DNA from: Tubiluchus corallicola
Taxonomy: Eukaryota > Animalia > Priapulida
DNA: 64,000 nucleotides
NCBI GenBank assembly: GCA_030141605.1
Contig: JAQGDQ010000109.1
Span: 124,001-188,000 of the forward strand
Reading direction: 5' to 3'
Positions 54,253-64,000 of this stretch are shown piece by piece. The notes beneath the pieces were generated by a model. That model was given only the letters and a program-made list of their open reading frames with translations, was not told the DNA's origin and ran no database searches. Position 1 is the first letter of the stretch; every line of letters starts with the position of its first letter. Both the position numbers and the translations under genes were made by a program.

Positions 54253-57200
54253 ATGGCACTAGCTACTTCTTGGAGATGTATAGGTAAGAGTGAATATTTT
54301 ACGCTCTATGAATTTAGAAAAAAATTAAAAATAGACTTTAGACTGACGTGTACAGTAGGCTTATACAATGACGTACTGTAACAGCTTACCAGTTTACAAA
54401 CTCTTAACTCTTAACACGAAAAGGCGTTGCTCTTTATTTTACATTTTATTTTTTTTAAGAGACAGTTTCTGTTTTTGCACTTTATCCTGTTTTAACTACC
54501 TGAATTTTTGCTATCGGTAACTGCTTGTTACCTGTATTTCTTAAGTACTTAAAGGACAAGAAAAGAGGTACCTAAAGAACGTTTCAGAAAAATCGCCTTA
54601 AAAATTATATTACTTTACAGCATTTTCATGCATATATCGTGCTCGCGTTGAAAGGAATTTTTGTTTGTTTTCATTTTAAGTCTCTCGCAATGCTGTTCCG
54701 AAGTCGCCATCACATGACGTCACTACGCAAACGTAAATCGGGGGGGGGGGGGGAGAAAAGGCAATGTTAAATTGTCCCAAAAAACTGTCCATGCAAATTT
54801 CAATTACTTGACATTTCGCTTGCCTACTGGAAAAACTTATGTAACTAGAAATAATAACTTAAAATGTTCGTGCCAATTTGTAAAATGTCGCAGGCTCACC
54901 CACCGTATTTTTAATCTTCTTGACAAGATACAGTAATTTAAAATTTTAATTAGTTAGTAACATATGTGCTACGCATGCTCTGAATATATTTTCAAACTTC
55001 GCGCAATGTCATCTAAACTTGTTGACTGCGCCTAACGGTCATCGCGGAGTTTAAATATACACGTTTTATGCAGTGTTATATGCTTTATATGCCAACGCAA
55101 GCCCTGCATGCAAAATTTTTTAAACTTTACGTAAGTGGAGGGTTGACTTGTGCTTTTATCAAGTTGAACCAAGTTCCGGTAACTATTACTAATGAATGAT
55201 GCGATGTCAAAAATCGATATTGAGCAAAAAGCAATAAAGTAACAATTCTTTTAAGCCAGACTTTACCTAACCAAGGTCAATATGATGATCATCAATATGT
55301 TGGGAATCAAAATGTTTAAGTTGGGTATTAATTTTGTTTCCACGTTTCAGGTGTAATTTTGCTGCTAATGATCACAGAAGCAACAGCGACTCGTTGTGCA
55401 AGTAAGAAAATAATGCATTGCAGAATTTGTGGTGTATAGCATTTGGAAGTGTGTGTAAAACTAGCAAAAAATTTTGAGCAAAGTTCACGCTAGTTCGTAC
55501 AGTTTTATATTTCAGCTTCTTGTAAGGATGAGAAAATATTAGCAGAGGTGGATTTAACGACATCACAGTATCACATAGACGGATCACAAGTTAGATGGGC
55601 AGTGGAATATCCATTTCTTGGTCAACTAACACACACTAGTGGTAGCTGCAATGAAAGAGGTATTCATTTTCAATTCTAAATTTTATTTCGAGAACTATAC
55701 GCTAATAATGAAGTAATATTCCAACGCACACGTAAAATTACACAAATACATGCGCGCTTGTACATTGTACACACAGGCGTTCACGTTTACATACACACGT
55801 GCGCACACACACGCACGCAGGCGTGCATGAAGAAATCAGAAAAAAAGCTTTGCTATACCGCAGTTAATATAAAATTACTGCACCCAGCAATTACTAGTTG
55901 CACAATGACAGACAAAAATTAATTCTGAGCATTTCAGTGCATTCTTCTCAGTATTTCACAATTGAAAGTGACATCACAGCTTACGACATTGCATCAAAAT
56001 GATTTTAAAGGATTTGCACATTCAATGTTCAATTTCTATTTATTTGTCTCACACCACAAACATGTAACAAAATATTAGAGATTATTACTAGTTAGAAAGA
56101 GAAACGGAGGGAAGAAAGACCATACGATCACCGAGTATTCACCCCTAAAGTAGTATGTAGTATAATTATTTCGCAGTTATTATATGCACCGAAATAAGTA
56201 AAATCTATATCAATTTAGTATACTTGGCGCGTGTACTTTAGTAATGTGCCACCCAAATAATTTACATGTTTATGGTAAGTTACCTTCTGGGCAAGTTTTT
56301 GCTAATATTAGACATGAAATTAGCTGGTTATTTTGGATGCGTTAACATTATTTTACCAATATTCATAGGCACATAGTGAATGTCATAAGCGCCCTAAACT
56401 TGTAGTTTTGACTCTTGCAGGTGTTCTAGAGCTAAATTTTCCTGAAGTTACGTCAAATCAAAAATATATGCGTGTTGATTTTTACTTCAATGGTCTCAAC
56501 GCGACTCAGCTGTGGGCCTTTGACATAGCTGATTCAAGAAACGACGGACACGGTAAGTGTACAGAAAAATTCCAATTGGCGCATTAGTTAAGTCTTCTTA
56601 GAAGATGGCGTAAAAATAGGGCGTACTGAAGGCAAAGCAGATTACGTATCTCCATTGCTAGAGCAGATGCACTAGATAGTAGAAAAAATAAAACCGGACC
56701 CACTCCTAAACTTACGTGAAAGAGTTATTACCACACAAAGTAATTTCGTGTTCCCGCGACTAGTTCTTCGCTGTTACAAGCATTTCGCCATTCGTTAGTT
56801 AGATGGGCAATATAACATTTCGGAAACGCATTGTATGAAAAACAGGTGCTGTACCTCTCAGCTCAGATCTGTCCGTTTGTGATGTAATACGCACGTTCGA
56901 GAGCTCATACGTGAGAACAGCGGTAAATCTAAAATTGCAATTTTTATCTTAAAATTTGCCGAGTTTTTGTATGTTGCACTGAATGTTGTACAGTAGCACT
57001 GTACTTCAATTTTCGCTTTCGCAAACACGTTGAATGTTTGTGCTGTTGAAAATTATGTTCGTTTGCGACGTCATCACTAGCTGGGCTCGCCCGTCTTTAA
57101 TTAAGTTTTTAACCTATTATTTAATTATCAGAAATGGTTTGGCACAATTATATGCGTTAATGTACACATTATATGATATATAATACGATACGAAGAATTG

Positions 57201-57774
57201 TCCTGTTTTGCTTTAAATTACATTTCTTAGCTGTTCTGATAATACCAAAAGTCCATTCTTAAATGCCAAAATTTTTAATGTGGAAAAATAAAGCAGTCTC
57301 TGAGCCATAAGGGGGCAAAGAAGTTTTTTCAGGCATTCAAAATACTAAACCTCTGCTACCAACTATTTAGGTGGTGATGATGGAAGTAGTTCCAATTCTG
57401 CAGAGATTCATTCATTGAACAACGGGGGAATAGTTGTCTACGGTGGTAATCGCTTGAACCAAGGCGGCTCACATGTGATACCATTGGATGCTTTGGATGG
57501 ACATCTTAAACTGCGTCACGAGAAGTGGATTGCGTATGGCACCCACATCACTGTTGTCATAGGTGACGAATATGTAGAATTTGACAATCACCATGGGGAT
57601 GGTTTCTGCATGCGCTCTAAGCACCTTTTCTGCCTGACTGGTCAAAGTCCTAGATACGGAATTGTGGATTACAAAGTGTATTTAGCGCTAAATAGGGTGG
57701 TAAGGAACCGCAGCGACAGAACAGGTAAAGACTTGTGCAAAGTTGAAGTTACCCAAATGGTCTGCGACGACTAA
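54253..57774 (+). CDS. uncharacterised secreted protein (253 aa), nested antisense in the presumed K2P channel intron
   Basis: Exons 54253-54283, 55351-55401, 55516-55659, 56421-56552 and 57371-57774 total 762 nt; all four introns are GT-AG and phase 1, with no internal stop. Translation: MALATSWRCIGVILLLMITEATA (signal) TRCATSCKDEKILAEVDL...GSCNERGVLELNF...WAFDIADSRNDGHGGDDGSSSNSAEIH...VYLALNRVVRNRSDRTGKDLCKVEVTQMVCDD*. Confidence 0.88.
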
Positions 57775-60022
57775 AAACAAAGAGAGGTGACAACTGTGTA
57801 GTGACTTTAGCAAAATTTTCTCACTTCTGTCTGTACTTTAACATATATCAAAAAGCCTACACTATTTATTGAGTATAATACCGAACTAAACTTATTAGCT
57901 TGATGTATGAAATTGTTTACTATTGTGTGTATGTGATAAATTGTTTACTATTGTGTGTATGTGATGAAATTAGCTTGGCATATTCTATTAGCTAAAACAA
58001 AAGTATCGTTATTATAAGCTAATGTAAAACAGCTGATTTGATTGCTATACTCAGATGAGCATTTACATTTTATATGTTGCCACATATTCACATTAGAATT
58101 CACATGTGAAACTATAGAAGCTGGTAGCTCAGCATTCAAATGGTTGCGGAGCTAAGAAGGGAATCTCACTTAGCCTCTTAAAGATGTTAGAGCATACCCA
58201 TTTACGACAAAGTTGTGAATTGGTGAAGTACTAACTGCTACTCACAGTCCCAACTGTCAAAGAAAAAACGCTTACATCTAAAGTCGGTGGCATTTATATT
58301 TAATTGAGCTCGGATGACTGCAATCTTTTTGCAATTCAAATGTGCACGTTAAATATAGACATATTTGTATTTAAATGAACTCATATTTAGTTGTGTTGAG
58401 TGTGACTGCACCATTTTGAAGGTGTAATCAATTAGTGATATTCCGTACTTCTTTGTATTTTTTCTCTTGTTAGTTTCTCTGTGGTGTGACTTCTGTGCTT
58501 TATTACTGGTTGTGTTATCATATGAAATCCAAAGAAATAGCATTTAGTATGAACTTTTTTGTTTTTCTGTTTTTTTTCTTTCACATTAATGTAATTCTCG
58601 GTGGTTGCTGAAACGTCATGTCGCTTTATTTCTTTATGGGAATTTTAAATATGTCTCACCACTCAAATGACTTCATACATATTACTTAGCATTATCCTTA
58701 CCTGTTTGAAAGACATACGTAAGAGAAAAAATCTTAATCAGTTATAAAGTTCGCGCCAACTGGTAAAACGTCACTATTTTACCATTCCAGTGTGCACCGC
58801 TGGCTTACCAAAAAACTTATTATTAATCTTAGTGACAAGATTCAGTAACTTATATATGTAGGCCCCCTACTTAGTTGGTGAAGTCCGCGCTAATTATTAT
58901 TTTTTGATTATTTTTTAAACTTTTCGCAATGCTGTAGCTCAAATTATTTTTTGAACATTTGCACAATATTAAAGTTTTTAATTCTTTATAACAAAAAGAA
59001 TATCTGTTTCATAAACAATCCATTATATAAAAAAATTATTACATTACATTTTTGTTAAGAAAATGAACGGTTCCACTGCATACTAGCAGCATACTAGCTA
59101 AATGAAATAAAGAATAAATGAAACAAAATTCGGAAAAAAAAACAAAAACATTATGACGCAACTACGAGTTTCTATGGAAACAATAACCATGGAGGAAAAA
59201 ACAAGAGATGTAATGAAAAACTATCGTTAATGATTAATGAAAGAGTGGAGTGAAACGATGTTCTATCAGGTTGTCAGGAATCATTCACTGGCCCGCCTCA
59301 TCGCTGGTTACGAATCATAAGCCACGACTACTCGGCTTTTCAACTCGCGTCGAAGGAATAGATACAGCAAAATGACAAGAAAACACCATTCACAAATAAA
59401 ACTTTATGCATTTGTTTTAAAATTTTATATCACCTACATGCTGTTTTATTGCATACAGAGCTTGAGCTAAAATTTACCTTTGATTTCTTTTTTACAAGCA
59501 TTATATTTTTTTCTACATTTTCAATCATTTGTCTTTTTATTGCCCTTTTTAAATGTTATTTTTCTTCGTTTTAGTTTGTCTGTTTCGTATGCCCTTATTG
59601 ATCTGACAAACTGTGACTTTTTAGGCATTTTATCTGTAATATTCCTGGCAGTCAGTTTCTTCAAAATAATCTTGTTCAATAACATTCAAACAGGCTCCCA
59701 CCATTAGTAAGCGTTCCCATAATAACGTGAGGATTATTAACTTTATAGATCTTGTAGACATATATCAACAGAGTAGGTATAGTCAGTCAGTTGTCAATAC
59801 GCCAGCATTAATTATAGCAAGATGTGACGTCTGTAACTGAGCTCAGACCACATTAGAATAGCTTAATTTTGTTTCTATGCAAACATGCCTTCGGATGAAA
59901 TTAAGTCATTTGGTATTAAAGGTTAACTCTAAAGGGCCGCAAATTTGCAAGCTCTTGTAACTACTGGGCTCTTCTACAACAGACAAAAGTAAAAAATTAA
60001 GAGATCTTGCTTATTGCTACTT

Positions 60023-60043
60023 GTCATCGTCGTCGTCATCATC

Positions 60044-60075
<32 letters not shown>

Positions 60076-60115
60076 CATTATCATCATCATCATCATCATC
60101 AACATCTTCTTCTTC

Positions 60116-60150
<35 letters not shown>

Positions 60151-60160
60151 ATTATCATCA
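60023..60160. repeat. (CAT)n microsatellite
   Basis: Directly visible. It explains the poly-H, poly-I and poly-M ORFs. Confidence 0.96.
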
Positions 60161-60460
60161 TATTCGCCATCACCACCTTTTTCTTCTTCATTGAGTGTCA
60201 CTGAATGCAGACTTGTTGAATAATTAGCATTGTTGTAGCAGTCCTTGGACAAAGTGACTACTAAAAGTTACAATTGACAAGGTACGTACATACCTCAAAC
60301 TATGCTTTTTTGTTTTCACGTTTGATATAACCTATTTCATTTATTTGTGTTGACGAACACGTTTCTCATTTTGAAGTTATTACGGCAAAGTTAAATGCCT
60401 TTTATATGAACTTATTTGTAAGTTACCTCTTGTCAAATACCGGTTGGTAGTTTTCACAAC

Positions 60461-60916
60461 CAGAGCTGTGGAGTCGGCGTCGTAGTCGGCAGTAAATTTA
60501 TTGCCAAAGGAGTCGGAGTTGTTAATACTTTGGAGTCAGAGTTAGGACTCGGGAGTACACTTATTGTTAAAGAAGTCGGTGTTGGAATCAGTAAAAAATA
60601 GACAAACTCAAACTCGAGTTACCTTTAAGTTTTAACGCATAGTTTTGGGACGCTTTGGTATTGATATCTATGCAGTTAACTGTTTTTCAAGCGTAAGAAG
60701 TAGTGATGAAATATCACTGTAGCTAAATATTGAGAATGCTACAAACTATTACCTAAACGCAAGAGTCGGAGTTGGAGTCGGGAGTTAGGGCTCCAAAAAT
60801 TTTGGGAGTCGCAGTCAGAGTCGGGATTGGATCTAAAATTTCGAGATTCGGCGTTGGATCTTTTAAAATGGTAGGAGTCGGTGTCAGGAGCTTAATGTAC
60901 TGCCTCCACAGGCGTT
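60461..60916. mobile_element. hAT-type MITE with GGAGTC subterminal repeats
   Basis: Exact 8-bp TSD TTCACAAC at 60453-60460 and 60917-60924, termini CAGAGCTGTGGAG / CTCCACAGGCGTT, and many GGAGTC units inside. Confidence 0.85.
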
Positions 60917-63900
60917 TTCACAACTTTATATAGTTTTTAGAAAATGTATATGTTGCTTAGGAGGAAGTTTTTACACGTTTTTTATGTACAATGTCGGTAA
61001 GCTAAGTAGTGTACTCACCCACAATTATTACGAAACTGGCGAGTGCCACAGAAAATTAACTAATCTGGCAGAACATTAGACCTAAGCCGAAAAACATTGA
61101 AAACTGCTAACAAATTTTCAAGATTCCGTCAAAATTATAATTGGCGCTCTTGTGCGTGAATTAAGAACAAGGTTCTTGTAATAGATTAGCATTACTGACA
61201 ATTTAAAGGAAGACAGGATGGTTTTTCAGATACTACCCAATTTTCAAGTCCGATAAAAAGCATACATTTTAACTCAACTTATACTGCAAAAGCGTTTCTG
61301 ATAATTAAATAATAAATCACAAACTTAATTAACGGCAGACAAGCCCAACTATTGGTGGCATCACAAGCTAACATCATTTTCAACAGCAAAAATATTCCAC
61401 GAGCGTCTTGCACGTGTTTGTAATACCGAAGATTTAAGTACAGTGCTACTGTAAGATATTCAGTGTGTCGTACTAAAATTAGATTCAAATTTACCGCTGT
61501 GCTCGCGCATGAGCTGTCGAACATGTGTAGCTCGTCACAAACTATCACATTTGAACTGAGAAGTACAGCACTTGTTTTTTTGGTGCAACGTGTTTTGGAA
61601 ATGCAGACGTCAGTGCCCGTGTAAATATCGAATGGCGAAATGCATGTAACAGCGAAGAACAAGTGGCGCGAACGCGATGTTGCATTTAATGTCGTAATGA
61701 TTTTTTCATTAACTCATTTTTGAAAAATAGTATATTTCCTTTCAATATTTTAATGAGTAGATTGTTTTGACCTACAGTTTACGAATGGTTCAGGTTGTGC
61801 TTTAAATTTACAGTTAACGTCTGTGTACTGAACTATTGTTACGGGTAGTATCTACGTACAGCTGCAGCGGGTATTAATCCAGAGAAATGAGTAATTAACA
61901 GAGACTGTGAACACAGATTGTTGCGATAGTTAATTTTACATGTACAGCAGTGTAACATTGTTACATTATTATCGTGTGATGTTTCATTACGTGGCAGTGA
62001 TTAATTCGAAATTTGCTTTAGAAACATTATAACGCTGCTTTTAGAAATAATGAACAATCTTCTTGTAAAGAGATTATACATTAAATATAATAGCGCAAGA
62101 AGATGTTTATAAAGAGATTATACACGAGCCTTGTAGACACCACGTTGAATTAATCCACGTCACGTCCGCGACAGTGGCGCTTCACAGGCTTTTACATATA
62201 ACACTGTCACCCCACACATTCAAGAACAGCAAAAAAGAATAAAAAAAACAGAAAATAAGTGCCTGTGACATACACCAACTTAAGACGTCGTGTGGACTAA
62301 GTTTTGCTATCACAAAAATATACTTGAAAGGCTCATAAACTCACAAAAAGCGAAAATGTCCAAAGATAACGCAGTGATGGATGAGCGCAAGTCAAGTACT
62401 GAGTCGCTGAATGACGCTTCGTTTCGGTTCAGAAAATACTTGCATCGAATCTCAAGAGGAAGCAAAAAAGTTTTTCCGAATCTTTCTTCTACGCTCTAAT
62501 CTGTTTGTTTTATTCACCAACAATTATTTATTGAAGTTGGAGCGCCTTGTGCCTCTGCATATTCACTTCATAAATCAGGATGAGTTTAACTCCAAGCCCT
62601 AAACCTATCCCTAAAATTGGTCTAACCCTAGTCCCTAGTTCTAATCCTAACCTTTATCCTAACGCACCGCAACGTTTTTCTCAATCCACGATATTCGCAT
62701 TCACGTTGCATTTGAGCGTGGAATCTTGTTGAACTGAATTTTATCAATAACTGAAATTCTTATTGTCAATTTACCAATATTATTGTCATAAATTGTAACA
62801 GCTGCTCCTGCATAATGTTTAATGAGACTGTTATATTGCATGGCAATTAAACTTGGTTGATTTAAAAGAGATCATACTGAGATCAAGATGACAACTAGTG
62901 AGAATTAAAGTGGAAACTAAAATTAACATCTATTTAAATCTGGTAAGCATTTCCGCCATTGTGGCAGTCATTCTTGAAGGGATTACCTTAAAGGGATTAA
63001 TTTTCAAAGGGTTTAATTCAGGATTTGTTTGATTAATGCTGCTTTATTTACCTTTTTATCTATTCGAATATAATGCCTAACTTAATTATTTTCTAGTTTT
63101 AACAAAAAATGGTAAATTTTAGATTCGTATCATTTCAGCTTAAACATAAAATGTTTGCAACCGCTTAAAAACAAAAGCACGAGCTATTCCATAACACATT
63201 ATATTAATTTTCTACTACCGCTTTAGTGTTGTCAGTGTTCAGCGTTCCAGTAAAAGTTGCGTATTCAAGTTTAGGGTGCGCGTGATTTCTGAGAAGCACA
63301 CCAGCTTGAGGTAGATGCTTCATCATACAAGCTTTTCTAGTGCTTCTATGATTTTGACGACAAACGAGTATCTATATTCCCTGAGACAAAACTGACAACA
63401 CGTGTTTGATCATCTGCAGGCAATGTTGACAGACATGCTTCGGAATGCGCCTCACCACTGTTTGTCATCTCGCTAGTTAACGTCATCGGAGACCATTAAT
63501 CAGGTATGACGTCATATATACAGTTTCAATAAACGGAGTTTTACAGAATTACAAGCTGAAGCTGATGCTTTCCTTTCTTTTTTGTGTCTTTTTTTCTGAA
63601 TTTCTTATATTTGGTGTCCATGTTTTCTTTTCTAATATTTGCAGTTAAAAATGTAACATACCAGAGCGGATTACATTGTCCTGCTACCGAAACACTTGAC
63701 TAGGAGGTTTTGACCTTTCAATGGGCGAAGCTCAACAGTTTTGTCGTCAAGATATTGGTGGTGCTGTGGTAGTGCCATTTTAAAACCGCCTTTTTGTGTG
63801 AATAGAGCAATTTACTTTTACAAGGTTTGCCGAGCGAATTTCAATGGCTGAACTATTGAGATGCTTTACGTAAATTGACGATGTCTAGCACACTTATCTT

Positions 63901-64000
63901 CTCAATATGTGATTTGAAAGATGATTGGTATAAAATTATGCTTGTCGTATGCTGCTTAATAGTACAAGATTCTGAATCACGAGTAATGCCCTTAATGCTT

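Noticed and set aside
59974-60252. Poly-His, poly-Met and poly-Ile ORFs
   Set aside because: They are translations of the (CAT)n tract.

Overview
AT-rich, microsatellite-dense animal genomic DNA with GT-AG spliced genes, most likely from an arthropod or other protostome. I assembled the gene models by hand from splice sites and reading frames. From left to right: (1) a minus-strand membrane-anchored Sel1-repeat gene (3' end unresolved) lies head-to-head with (2) a complete 5-exon TTC5; (3) a small minus-strand secreted precursor ends in an arthropod calcitonin-A-like ring but is truncated before the amidated Pro; (4-6) three tandem S1A serine protease paralogues share an unusual catalytic domain (TAKHC, Asn189, Lys214, no Cys122) but have very different pro-regions; (7) the last coding exon of a TASK-type K2P channel; and (8) a 5-exon secreted-protein gene nested antisense in the channel's presumed intron, of which the ORF track shows only the last exon. 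The most striking observation is the third protease. Its pro-region carries six extra copies of the IVGG-type zymogen activation motif, while its neighbour lacks the motif at the canonical position, and in both genes an in-phase alternative splice donor falls inside an internal motif. LINE, SINE, hAT-MITE and Tigger remnants and a Penelope-type hammerhead remnant are also present. Family assignments come from recalled motifs; no database searches were run.
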